Below are positions 1-12,561 of a stretch of DNA of 64,000 bases, piece by piece. The stretch's first letter is position 1. Each line of letters starts with the position of its first letter. The notes under the pieces are model-generated. The model saw only the letters and a program-made list of their open reading frames with translations, did no database searches and was not told the origin of the DNA. Made by a program: the position numbers and the translations under genes. The DNA is from Octopus vulgaris (Eukaryota), in NCBI GenBank assembly GCA_951406725.2, contig OX597824.1, forward strand, positions 57,660,001 through 57,724,000, given 5' to 3'.

Positions 1-140
1 GCGAAGCAAAATCCTGCTGTTGGATATATGAATCGATTGAAATCATATTGGGAAGACCTGCATCCAGAATTAAATCATTTTACTACGAATCAATTACGCC
101 AACAAGCAACATTTGCGGAACATAGGAAGAGAGTTAATTA
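1..140 (+). mobile_element. Dong/R4-like non-LTR retrotransposon, N-terminal ORF fragment
   Basis: Frame 1 reads AKQNPAVGYMNRLKSYWEDLHPELNHFTTNQLRQQA, resembling the GY..RM...W...HP....T.Q.L..Q N-terminus of R4/Dong ORFs. Confidence 0.5.
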
Positions 141-351
141 ATGTAAATTTATTAAAACGTAGATCTGAAATTAACATTCTTCCCAAGACTATAAACGAAA
201 ACGAAAACAAAAACGTGAACACTACGGCGTTTCGCAGTTAGTGACATTCCAACAGATTCTAAACTGCCTGCCAGACAAACTACACAACTGGCTAAAGTAA
301 CTGACCACTGTCCTCCTACCACGACTACGGTAAGTAGCTGGCAAAAACGCA

Positions 352-518
352 ATACATACATACATGCATATATATATATATGTATATGCATACATACACA
401 AACACGCGCACATACATACATACATATATATACATACATACATACATACATGCATACATGCATACATGCATACATACATACATGCATGCATACATACATA
501 CATACATACATACATACA

Positions 519-549
<31 letters not shown>

Positions 550-552
550 GTA
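352..552. repeat. (TACA)n/(TA)n microsatellite
   Basis: Visible directly; source of the MYVC/HTYI pseudo-ORFs. Confidence 0.95.
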
Positions 553-940
553 TGCAAGACTGTAAACGGAGAGAAAATTTGGGAATGGCTTGGATTGTAT
601 GATTCCATATTCGTGCATCATTAGATTTGTTTAGAACTGCGAAGAATGTAATGTGTTTTCTAAAGAGAAGTATTGTGGGGTGGAAAACTGAGTTGACATT
701 CTACGGAAAAAGCTTGGGCACCCTGGGCATCAGAAGAGGGATTTTGCATGGTGATAGCTTATCTCCGTTGCTTTTTGTTCTCTGTATGATCCTTATGACC
801 TTGGTACAGAGGAAAATGAACCTAATATATCAGTTAAAGGGATAGTCTCAAGCAATTAACCACCTTCTCTTCATAGATGATTTTAAGCTGTCTGGCAAGA
901 ATGAGGCACAAAGGAATTTCTTGGTGAACGCTGTGTCTAA
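553..940 (+). mobile_element. Dong/R4-like LINE reverse transcriptase fragment (degenerate)
   Basis: IRRGILHGDSLSPLLFVLCM followed by INHLLFIDDFKL (QGD and YxDD motifs), with stops. Confidence 0.8.
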
Positions 941-1000
941 CATCCTCAATAACACCACCACCATCACTACTACCAACACATACCAAATATAATAATAATG

Positions 1001-1177
1001 GTTTCGAATTTTGACACGAATCCTGCAGTTTCGGAGGAGTGGGTAAGTCGATTACATCAACCTCAGAGTTTAACTGGACTTATTTAATCGCCCACGATTT
1101 TGAACTCAGAGCGTAAAGACGGACGTATGCCTAGCGGCTATCATCCGGTGTGCTAACGATTCTACCAGCTCGCCGCC
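1001..1177 (-). mobile_element. tRNA-derived SINE, family B
   Basis: Minus strand begins GGCGGCGAGCTGGTAGAATCGTTAGCAC and has the B-box-like GAGTTCAAA; homologous to 16437-16648 and 28077-28250. Confidence 0.8.
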
Positions 1178-1351
1178 TTTTCCGAGAATAATAATAATGT
1201 CACTAACACAGGAACATCAAAACCTTCTATAACACTACCAACATCACTACCACATCTTATAATACCACTACCAACACCAGCACAAACAACTCTGTTATCA
1301 TTAATAGCAACAACCAACATAATTAACAGCAGAGAAGGAAGCACTGGGGAC

Positions 1352-2650
1352 GTGCGAAATAAAAGTCGAGCCCAAAAGATGAAGGCTAGCAAGAATCTGC
1401 TGAGAAAGGAAGGCGACAAGATAATGTTGACGCCACCCGAAGAACTGACGAAAAGCGTTACGAAGCGGACGGTGACCTACAAGACCATGAAGATAGCTAC
1501 TAGAAACATTGAGATAGCAACGGTGGAAGAGATCGAGAAGGTGCTGGAAAGCATGAAAAATGTAATAATATTCAGAGCAAGAGGCAGGAAATATGCCACT
1601 GTGGACGTGCGTTTTACGTCAGAGGAGGAAGCGGTGAGGCATGCCACGAGGCAATCCGCTCAGAAGAGTGGATTCTTCTACCATCCTATTGCGGTAAACG
1701 GGTGGCGAGAGTTCCGGTGGGTCAGGTACCCCCTCATCTGGAGGAGGAATGGCTGATGACGGCTATCATGTATAACATGGAGGACGAGGCCAAAATTCTG
1801 AAGGCAACCAGAACAAACAAGGTGGACCACTGGGGCTATGGGCTGGAGTTAACAATCCACGCAACAGTGGAAGACCTCAACAGAATACCAGAGGAAAGAC
1901 CGCCTGTGTGTTATGAATGTGGCGAAAGGGTCACATGAAGGCGAGATGCCTACGAAAAGAACAGAGAGAGACTAACGAAAATGTTGAACAGGCAGTGACA
2001 GTTGAGAATAAGGAGAAAGCTGACGAAGAAGAATCCACACCGGTGGAAAGAAAAAGAAGGAGGAGCGATAGGGTAAACCCGCCGCCGACTAACCAAAAAA
2101 AAAAAAGAAGAAAGAGGTGGGAAAGAAAGAAGCGACGAGAAAGAAAGAGGATACGGAAAAGGAAAGTGATCAAATAATTAAGGTGTGTGACAATGAGTCA
2201 GAGAGGGAGGAAGCGTGTACAGGTGAATTGACGGAGGTCTTAGGAACTCAACTACAGGAGGATGAGACGGAGAAGCTGTTTACTGTGGAGACGGAGAAAG
2301 AGAAGGTACCAGACTCAGAGAAGAGTATAGAGGAGTTGTTGTTAGGAAAGGTAGTAAAGGAAGAAAGAAGAAGACCGAGAGGAAGTAAGAACCAATGGAA
2401 TTTTGTAATCTATTCGAAGAATAAGGAGGTGGAGAAGAAAATAGTTAAATTCAAGCACATCATAAGGGTAAAGCTACCAACTGACATTTACCTAGAGAGT
2501 GTAAAGGCCATTGTGGTCGAGAGAGAAACATACAGGAAGCTTAAGGACATGTGTGGAAATAGGATTGACCCAGCCGGAGCGTTGGTAGAGTTTAATGAGC
2601 TGCCACCGGTAATTGATCTGGTGGAGTTAGAGCTGTATATGAGGCGTTAA
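1352..2650 (+). pseudogene. LINE ORF1 (gag-like) pseudogene: RRM-like region, CCHC zinc knuckle, K/E-rich tail; frameshifted
   Basis: Overlapping ORFs 1352-1756, 1702-1938, 1917-2177 and 2117-2650 join into one protein. The knuckle CYECGER-GHMKARC is split by a 1-nt deletion near 1930. YATVDVRF...EEEA resembles an RRM strand-helix. Confidence 0.7.
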
Positions 2651-3206
2651 AAGGAGAAAAAAAGAGAAAAAAAAAGAAAGGAAAATGCTTGAAGAAATAA
2701 TTAAAGAAAAAAAGGGAAAATGAGCAACAGATAGTGTGTACAAACGTCCAAATGGTACTGTATGAGGAGTGGTGCCCATGCAGCCATTCATCTTCATTAT
2801 TATATAATTCATATTCATTCGTTACATGTTTTTTGTCCCCACTGTGGTGTTGTGTCTGTCCTTGTAGTGTCCCCTCTGTGTTAAGTGGCCTGAGCGCCAA
2901 AATAAAGAATCAGTACGTAGTAGGCGGCCAGAGATAGTCGGATCTTTACTGATTTTCCAAAGTATACTGTATACCAAAGTGGGCATTATACCAATCTAAC
3001 ATTTTAAGGGTATTGCACTCTCCCCTTTTTTTCTCGCTGATACGTATGTTGGCGTATTGTTTTCAATCATCGTAACACAGCTTTGCCTAAAAACATCTCT
3101 AGATAAGTTTAATTGTTCACTACACACATACAGACACGTTTGCGCGCACCGACAGTTTGTATATACATACACATTCACACACACATTCACACACACATTC
3201 ACGTAC

Positions 3207-3357
3207 ATTATCAGCTGTGTATGCACATGCGTGTCTTTTTCCATAAGTCCTCGGGTTTGCTGTTGTTCAAACTGGACATCAGTCCCATTGATCAACGTTG
3301 GCTCGGAGGGCCTCGCATGGTCCACCAAGGAGATGGATTCAGACCTTTTTCTCCAGT
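3207..3357 (-). CDS. Candidate host coding exon (151 bp), product unknown
   Basis: Acceptor TTTTTACTGTTTAG, donor AT|GTACGT, only one open frame (xWRKRSESISLVDHARPSEPTLINGTDVQFEQQQTRGLMEKDTHVHTQLI); single-copy in the window and GC-richer than its flanks. Confidence 0.45.
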
Positions 3358-3985
3358 CTAAACAGTAAAAACATAATCCTTCTACATTTCATTTCACACT
3401 TAGACGTGCCGAAATCTTACGAACCATCAGTCTCCATTCATTAGAGTGGGATGATGATTTCACACTCGATGTACAACGAATTCTCGTTCAATAAAAAGGA
3501 CAATATGAATTCTTAAATCCGTACAGAGTTATCTCAGTGAATATTCAGATGGTACATTTCATTCTCGGTGTCCCTACAAAAAATGTCAGACACAAGGTTC
3601 TGTTTATTCTACAAGAAATGGCTGACTTAAACTGATTCATTCCCCAACAATATAGATTTAAATCTGAACACATCATAAGATAGTTATGTGAACACCAGTC
3701 GTATGAATCACTGTTACTTGTAACGATATCTATATTTTTTAGTTTATCTCTGGAAGCTAGCATTAACAAAAACAAGATATATTAATTATCAGTCGGTGTG
3801 AAGCCATTCATCTAAATTCTCAGACAAACTGATGATGTACCCATCATGAGATTTAAAAGACTTGTAAAAAATAGTAACCAACTTTTCATTGAACCTTACT
3901 GAAGTATGTTAAAAGAAAGACACTATGGTATCTATGGTCTTGCTGTGGGGTTTTATAACTGATGTGGAGAAAAATATAAAACATA

Positions 3986-6691
3986 GGGGAGACCGAGGCA
4001 AGTTGACTCCAGGGGCAAGTTGATACATTTTCTCTAGAGAAAATGCGAAGCTACTTTCGGTCGATTTAATGATATCATAGTAATGCTGTTAGCATAAGCT
4101 TCTCCTTATTTGATTTCGTCTGCTACACGCAGACAACATTGGAATTTTCCACTTGGTAAGTTATTTTCGACATTTTTGATAATTAGTTATTTTGGATATT
4201 GTTCAAGACTGCATTATGTGTATTAAACCTTAAGGAGTTAGTAAGATATCTCTCACGACCCTATACAAATGGATTCTTGCGAAACCCTAGTGGTTTTCTC
4301 TCAGTGTTTACATTTACGAGGGAAATGAGGTCGGGGCAAGTTGACACATGTAAACAGGGGCACGTTGACACAGTTTGTCAACTTGCCCCGGCCTGTGATA
4401 AAGTTGTTGTAGGTTGCTTACATTGATTCACAGACTGTGCCTATCCCATTTTAACTAAAAGTGTTTGCTATTTGATTCATATCGGGTACAATGGATCAAT
4501 TCATTGAGTAATTTATGAATTGCTTGCTATAGTTTTAGATCAGCTATCTTTATCTATACCAATCTATTCTATCTTCATACCGCTACCTACTTAGTCAACA
4601 GCTTGTATACTGCCTCAGCTTTGTAACCTGTACCACTGATATATAAGCATGAAGTTATGCCGTGACCAGGCATGCTTGAAACTAAAAGGTAGGTAAACGC
4701 TCAGAGCTTCGTTTTGCTTTCACTGTTGGATTATGCAATAAGCTAAATTGCTTTTTTTCCTCTCCCTCTCTCTCTTTACAGACCTAGATCTACAATTGTC
4801 ATGGTGCGACACTACAAACGCAAAAGCGAGAAGGCAACCCTTCCACGGGATGTAATCCAACAGGCTATTCAACAGGTCCGAACTCGTGTCATCTCCTTGC
4901 AGGAAGCTTCGAGGACATTTGGCATCCCTTTAAAATCTCTATGTCGCTACTGCACCAAGGCCGCTGAAGAAAACAACAACGATCAAAGTCTTAGTGGATA
5001 CAAAAAGCCACGGCAAGTTCTCACCGACGAGTTCAAGAATCTGTTAGAAGCTTATGTTTTAGCTGCCGCAGAAATTTACTATGGTCTTGCTCCAAAGGAT
5101 GTGCAGATATTGGCTTTTCAGATGGCAAAGGCACATGGATGTAATATCCCTCCAGCCTGGCATGAGACAGAAATGGCAGGTGAAGACTGGTTCTCTAGAT
5201 ATCTTCAACGACAGAAGAATTTATCCATAAGAAGTCCACAGGCAACAAGCTTGGCACGACCAACAAGTTTCAACAAGACAAATGTTGCTATGTTTTTCAA
5301 CCAACTTGCTGAGGTGATGCTTCGGTATAAATTTGATCCATTCAATATCTACAACATGGATGAAACTGGCATAACAACTGTGCAGCGCCCCAATAGAATT
5401 ATTGCCAGAAAAGGAACAAAGCAAGTGGGAAAAATGACAAGTGCGGAGAGGGGAAATCTGGTCGCATTGGCATGCTGTGTAAATGCCGCTGGAAACAGCA
5501 TACCACCGTGCCTTCTCTTGCTGGACAATCACGATTCCCACCTTAGTATCGAGGGGCTGACTAATGCATAAGACAATGGCATCACCATGCTTTCTTTCCC
5601 ACCTCACTGCACAGACAGGTTACAGCCGTTGGACAAAGCGGTCTATGGACCACTGAAGAAGTACACAAACACTGCCATTGATGACTGGCATATCAACCTT
5701 CCTGGCCAGACCATGACTATTTATGACATTCCGTGTATTGTCAAAACTGCATGGTCATTGACTGCAACTCCGACGAACATTCTTAGTGGCTTTTCTTCTA
5801 CAGGAATATGCCCTTTTAATCGCAAAAATTTTCACAGACAGCGACTTTGCACCAAGCTATGTCACTGACCGACCGGATCCTGCACTTTCAGCACCTGGGC
5901 CTTCAGCACCTGCAACACCTGGGCCTTCAAGCAACACAGCCGCCAGATCTTTTCTTTCACCATTTCAAATCCGTTCACTACCCAAAGCAGACCCTACGAA
6001 AGAATTAACCAGAGGAAGAAAGAAACGTTGTTCTGAAATACTCACTGACTCGCCGGTTAAAAGAGCAATCATCGAAGAAAAGACAAAAAGTAAAAGTAAA
6101 AAGAAGACAAACATTGATAAAGGAACGATAGGAAAGGGACTCAGTAAGAGCAGATCAACGAAGGGAAAAGGTCCAACTGTTAAGAAAAAGGTTCAAATTC
6201 AAGAAAGTAATTCCTCTGATGAGGTAGAGTGCTATTGCTTAGTATGCTGCGAGCCTTTTTCCAACAGCAAAGGAGGGGAAGTGTGGCTTCAATGCTCTCG
6301 AGGCATGTACACCAGGTCTGACAATATTCACACGCCCAAATTGTGACTCTGCTGATGATATGTAATGAAACCGTAATAAAGGCCCTTGATCAAACCAGCA
6401 TGCTTATATCATGCGTTTCTGTCCACTAACATGTATGTTCCAAGAAAATGCATTCATGTGTCAACATACCCCACTATATGTGTGAACTGGCCCTGGTATC
6501 GGGGCAAGTTGACACATTTAAGTGGTCTTAGAAAATGCACAAAATGTAAATCCAGACAATAAGCAGATGAATCTCTAGCTTTGTAAGTCTTCTGCTTTGG
6601 TTGATTTATGCGTGTAATACAAGATACATTAAACAGTATTGCTCTGTCAGTGAATATGTAAAAAATGTAGTCAACTAACCCCGGCCTCCCC
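3986..6691 (+). mobile_element. pogo-family DNA transposon, full length, with TIRs and TA target duplication
   Basis: Left TA|GGGGAGACCGAGGCAAGTTGACT; right AGTCAACTAACCCCGGCCTCCCC|TA (19/23 match). Subterminal GGGGCAAGTTGACAC-like repeats near 4012, 4333, 4357, 4376 (inverted), 6459 (inverted) and 6501. Confidence 0.93.
4801..6346 (+). pseudogene. pogo transposase: HTH_psq/CENP-B HTH, DDE_1 domain, C-terminal PHD-like finger; inactivated
   Basis: Motifs AGEDWFSRYLQR, IYNMDETG, LLLLDNHDSH, PPHCTDRLQPLDKAVYGPLK, CYCLVCCEPF..GEVWLQC. In-frame TAA at 5569, frameshift near 5820, apparent deletion between GNSIPP and LLLLDNH. Confidence 0.92.
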
Positions 6692-6895
6692 TACAACATG
6701 GTACTAATACTAGTAGAGGGCTGGATTTTACAAAAGATGCTCAAGGGATTTGTCCTATAGTTAAAGATGGCAAAAGGTTAAGGATCGATCTCACAAATAT
6801 TGTAATCAGGTTTGTTCGATGAGGTTTGTTCGATCAGGGCTGATCTATGATTAAACAGCGACAACACAAAATTGCTGCTACACACACGCACGCGC

Positions 6896-6968
<73 letters not shown>

Positions 6969-7057
6969 TTGTTACGTAAATACTGCAAATAAATATATAC
7001 ATATGTATGGATGTGTGTGTGTATATATATATAGATCGATAGATAGATAGATATATT

Positions 7058-7125
<68 letters not shown>

Positions 7126-7379
7126 CACACACTCACACACTATAATGCAGTCTTAATACAGTTAGTATTCGTTACTAAACACAATATCATCATCGAAGAT
7201 GCCCTTATCCTATTTATGATTGTAGCCCGCCTCATTCACATTATCGCCACCCTCTACATACAAAACTTTATATATATAGCATACAGTTATATAAACAAAT
7301 ATTGCTACATACAAAATGAAAGTGAAGTGAAACAAGCAATGTAATCTTAATATATATGTTAAAGCAATGGGTGTATTTG

Positions 7380-8530
7380 CACAAGTATGCCACACCGATT
7401 TTGTTTCCTCACAACTTCAAAAAAATTTCTACAAATACGCTTCAAGTGGGCTAGATTCCAATCCTATCGGAATTTATGGCGCAAAAATTTTTTGAGGTTT
7501 GTGGGCCGAGGATTTTCAGAAAATTCACATGATTCAGCTTTGTTTCCTCATAATTTACTAAAAAGATGGGTATTTTGAAGTAAAAATTTCCACAAATAAA
7601 TTTCAGAGTGTGTAAATTAGGATTATATAGATATTTGGTGTGAAAAGTAAAATGGTGAGCACACACACATACATACTGATGGACATCACTATTTTCGAAT
7701 TTTCAAGTTTCATTTAGTAGATGTATGTGATGGCAACAGTATGTAAGTGTACTATCTCACCTTCTTTTTTTCATATTAAATTCTGATATAAGTGTAATCT
7801 ACATACTCTGAAAGATATTTGTTGAAAATTTCATGAAAAATATCCATATTACTGAAAGTTATGAAGTAACAAAGCCGACGCGTGTGAATTTTCTGAAACT
7901 CAGCTCATTACTATTGCAAAAATATTTTCAAAAATTCTTAAATCATCGGAATCTACACAATGCACAAAACTGTAGTCCGTTTATGAACACATAATAAACA
8001 TGTACTTTTTAAACATTATAATCAAAACTTCCTATGTTAAAACAGTGTGTATCATGCACAAAAGTACCCCATCGACTTTGTTTCCTCATAACTTCCAGAA
8101 AAATGTATAGTTTTAATGAAATGTTCTACAAATTTGCTTCAGATGTTATGGATTCCAATTATATCTGAATTTGTTCCGAAAAAAATATTTTCGGGAGATT
8201 TTGGTGATGAGTTTCAGAAAATTCACACGAGTCAGCTTTGGTTCCTCATAACTTTCTGAAAAATAGGGTTTTTTAAAGGAAAATTTCTACACATAACTTT
8301 CAGAGTGTGTACATCAAGATTACATCGGAATTTAATATGAAAATAAAAATTAGCAGTATAGCACACGCACATACTGACACATCACGTCTTTTTACGAAAA
8401 ATTTATTTCATAACAAATTCTGGCATAATGTGAATCTACACCATCTGAGGCGTATTTTATAGAAAATTTCATTAAAACATGTCATTTTTCTGGAGGTTAT
8501 GGAGGAAGAAAGTCGTTGGGGCACATAAAT
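7380..8530. repeat. Internally repetitive non-coding element with direct and inverted ~300 bp modules; probable DNA-transposon remnant
   Basis: TTTG(T/G)TTCCTCA(T/C)AACTT recurs near 7400, 7540, 8078 and 8237; inverted cognates near 7855 and 8495; block 7396-7700 resembles 8070-8400. Confidence 0.65.
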
Positions 8531-8705
8531 GTAGGTTGCTGCAGCTAACTCCGGCCGGTAACAATATATCGTTATGCATATATTACTGGAATTCAATAGT
8601 AAACATACAGTTTTAAAAATTATTACCGTGTGTGTGTGTGTGTGTGTGCACATACATGCATACATGTGTACATACATAATATATGCATAATACATACATA
8701 TATAC

Positions 8706-8860
8706 CGGCGTGACTGTAATAAGAAGCGAAGCTTGCTTCCTAATTATATGGTTCCGGGTTCAACCCCACTGCGTTGCACCTTTAGAAAGTGCCTTTTGCT
8801 ATAGTGCGGGGTCTTCTAAAACCTTGTGAATAGATTTAGTAGAAAGATGATTCTGGTGGT
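8706..8860 (+). mobile_element. SINE family A, 5' part
   Basis: GCTTGCTTCC...GGTTCCGGGTTCAACCCCACTGCG matches the head of the 17249 copy. Confidence 0.7.
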
Positions 8861-8879
8861 ACATATATGCATATATGCG

Positions 8880-8947
<68 letters not shown>

Positions 8948-9010
8948 CGTGCGTGTGTGTATGTGTATATTTATATATATTTATATATACATATATATTC
9001 ATATATATAT

Positions 9011-9073
<63 letters not shown>

Positions 9074-9175
9074 TATTTATATAGTTAGTTAATCCAAACA
9101 TAAAAACACAAAGAGAAAACACAACAAAGCTAGGACGTGGAAAGAAGGAGAGTTTAACGTCAGGAAAGAAGGAGG

Positions 9176-9210
9176 GTCTAACGTTTCGAGCGGAGCTCTT
9201 CGTCAGAAAC
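9176..9210 (-). ncRNA. Minimal type I hammerhead ribozyme motif
   Basis: Minus strand: GTTT-CTGACGA-A-GAGC(TCC)GCTC-GAAAC-GTT-AGAC. Confidence 0.7.
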
Positions 9211-9313
9211 ATAGGAAAAGGAAAGATCCAAGGAAGGGAAGACGGAGGAAGAAAATTGCCTACGGTACACACGCGGTCATACATAATTATATATATGTTT
9301 ATATATATATACA

Positions 9314-9373
<60 letters not shown>

Positions 9374-10530
9374 TGAGAATACTATCTTCATCAGCCAAAC
9401 ATATACCACGACAACATTTCAGATGTTACCACATTAATGCCAATACACTCGACTGAAACGCCGAAACGCGGAGGAACAAGCTATGGCAGGAGATAGTCAA
9501 TAATGCATCTTATCCCTGCGGCTGATCAGAAAGAAAGAAAGAAATTTAAGTTAGGAAAAGAAAGATGGCCGATTATCACGTGCTAGCAACGAGAGAGCAA
9601 AGGCAAAAGAATGTGGAAGAGAGAGGGACAGAGAACAACGAAGGGAAGAAGAATAGAATTAGATAAAGAAAAATCCTTATCTTTATCTTGAAAAATCTGA
9701 AACCGACGCCGGTCTCACATTATCCTTTTCTAGGTATTTCATCTTTCAGATGTTCTCCCTGGAGGTAAGACAATTTTTTTCAAGTTTGTTGCACTCACGC
9801 ATTTTTGCTAGTACATACGCGGTGAAGCTATACATTAGCGTCGTATTATTACGTTCGCCATATATACATAGACATAGACATATATTTATATATATATATA
9901 TATCGATGCGACACTTATCCTATCTCTCTCTCTGTTTCTCTTTCTTTATCTAATACTATTCTTCTCCACTTCGTTGTTCTCTGTCCCTCTCTCTTCCACA
10001 TTCTTTCGCCTTTACTCTCTCGTTGCTAGCACGTGATAATCCGCCATCTTTCTTTTCCTAACTTAAATTTCTTTCTTTCTTTCTGATCAGCCGCAGAGAT
10101 AAGATGCATTATTGACTATCTCCTGCCATAGCTTGTTCCTCCGCATTCAGCAGCTTAACTCGTTCAGGCTTAGTAGCCCTTCCTGTTTATTTTCCCCGTC
10201 CTGTTTTTGTTACCAACTTTGACCCTCCGACAACGTATCTTGTCACGAATTGCTCGAAATACAAAGTAGAAAAACAGCCGACAACTGATGAAGGGTCATT
10301 TTTTTATGTCTTGTTTTCCATTTGTTTCTTTCGTTGTTCGCAAACAAGTTCGTATTCCATTTTTTCGTATTTCATGTTTAAGTTCTGTGGGGTCCAGTGC
10401 CGATACATGCTTCTGTATATACATATATATGTACATATATGTAAGTATGTATGCATATATATTATATATATTTATATTTTCTTTATATTGTTATATATAT
10501 ATATATATATAAATGTTATATATATATATG

Positions 10531-10598
<68 letters not shown>

Positions 10599-10701
10599 CA
10601 TAATAAACATATATATATATATATATATATATATAAACACATATATATAAATATGATTTTTTCCCTCCGTCTACCCTTCTTTGGATCTTTCCTTTTCCTA
10701 T

Positions 10702-10736
10702 GTTTCTGACGAAGAGCTCAGCTCGAAACGTTAAAC
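10702..10736 (+). ncRNA. Minimal type I hammerhead ribozyme motif
   Basis: GTTT-CTGACGA-A-GAGC(TCA)GCTC-GAAAC-GTT-AAAC; stem I GTTT/AAAC; stem III reduced to the ACGT palindrome. Confidence 0.75.
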
Positions 10737-10961
10737 CCTCCTTCTTTCCTTCTTTCCTGAGCGTCCAATAATACTATACTTGTTCCACGTCCTAGCGTTG
10801 TTGTGTTTCCTCTTTGTGTTTTCATGTTTGGATTAACTATATATATACATATATATATAATTTCGTTATATATATATATATTTATAATTTCGTCATAGGT
10901 ATAAATATACCATACACAAATATAAAAAATGGAGGAAAAATGATGCTGAATTAAACATTAG

Positions 10962-11016
<55 letters not shown>

Positions 11017-11039
11017 CACATACATACATACATACATAC

Positions 11040-11070
<31 letters not shown>

Positions 11071-11196
11071 CATACATACATACATACATACATACATACA
11101 TACATACATAGTTGGAATTTACAAATAAAGAAAAGACGAAGACAGGTGTATAAACAAACAGGTGTATTAGTTTAACGCTCGGGAAGGTGAGAAAGT

Positions 11197-11232
11197 TTTT
11201 TTACTTTTCGAACCTACGCTCTTCAGTAGAAA
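11197..11232 (-). ncRNA. Degenerate minimal hammerhead motif in a PLE-type module (~11110-11260)
   Basis: Minus strand: TTTCTA-CTGAAGA-GCGTAGGTTC-GAAA-AGTA-AAAA. Confidence 0.45.
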
Positions 11233-11271
11233 GAACACGAGAAAATAAACAGAGAGACTAAAAAAGCTGAC

Positions 11272-11627
11272 ACTCCGACGGTTACGACAACGAGAGATCC
11301 AGTTGATCCGATCAACGGAACAGCCTGCTTGTGAAATTAACGTGCAAGTGGCTGAGTACTCCACAGACACGTGCACTCTTAATGTAGTTCTCGGGAGATT
11401 CGGCGTGACAGAGTTCGTGACAAGGCTGGCCCTTTGAAATAAACGTACAACAGAAAGATGAATAAAGAGTGAGAGAAAGTTGTGGTGAAAGAGTACAGAG
11501 GGTTCGCTACACAGCCCCTCGTGGAACTTGAGGTATTTTCGCTCAATAAACACTCATAAGATCCTGTCTGAGAATCGAAACTGCGATCCTACGACCGCGA
11601 GACCACTGCCCTTACCAGTTGGGCCTC
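11272..11627 (-). mobile_element. tRNA-derived SINE, family C
   Basis: Same body (CCAGTTGATCCGATCAACGGAACAGCCTGC...) and tRNA-like head as 53680-54058. Confidence 0.85.
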
Positions 11628-11673
11628 CACCTTTATATACATATACATACATCCATACATATATATAAATTCT

Positions 11674-11713
<40 letters not shown>

Positions 11714-11769
11714 GTGTATATATATTATTTATACACACACACACATATACATATATACTTATCCTTTTA

Positions 11770-12145
11770 TTTTTTATTCTTTTATTCGTTTCAGTCATTT
11801 GAGTGCGGCCATGCGGGAACACCGCCCTTAGTCGAAGAAATCGACCCCAAGACACATTCTTTTTAAGCCTAGTACTTAGAGTATCGATCTATCTTTTAAG
11901 CCTAGTACTTAGTGTATCGATCTATCCTTGTGTGACGTAAACATATCAATATCGGATATCAAGCGATGGTGGGATACAAACAGACACACACAAATACAGA
12001 CACACACATATTCGACGGGATTCTTTCAGTTTCCGTTTACCAAATCCACTCAAAAGGCTTTGTTCGGCCCGAGCCTATAGAAGAAGATGCAACGCAGTGG
12101 AACTGAACCTGGAACCATGTGGTTGGGATGCAAGCTTTTTACCAC
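11770..12145 (-). mobile_element. SINE family A with an internal ~31 bp tandem duplication (~11860-11925)
   Basis: Reverse-complement match to 17249-17672; TTTTAAGCCTAGTACTTAG.GTATCGATCTATC occurs twice. Confidence 0.8.
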
Positions 12146-12410
12146 TTATGCCTTTCCCTAGTTAAGTGATACGGCAAAAAGAGATCGATAGAAAAAGTAC
12201 CAGGTTTTAAAAAGTCAAATACTGGAGTCAAGTTATTTGTCTAAAACCCTTCAAGGCGGTGCCCCAGAATGGCCGCCTTCTAATGAATGAACAAGTAAAA
12301 AATAAAAGATATAACACATATATATATAGGTGTGTGTTGATGCACGTGCGCATATATGTATACATTTACGTATGAACGTATCTATTTGTGTGTATGTGTG
12401 TATATCTATA

Positions 12411-12478
<68 letters not shown>

Positions 12479-12520
12479 GATATATGTATGTATGTGAGTA
12501 TACACACACACACATGTATT

Positions 12521-12561
<41 letters not shown>

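Larger units (their letters stand above)
9080..10840. repeat. Nested inverted repeats of PLE pseudo-LTR-type modules within (TA)n
   Basis: Outer arms ~9080-9256 / ~10657-10840 and inner arms ~9468-9672 / ~9940-10144 are reverse complements. Confidence 0.85.
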
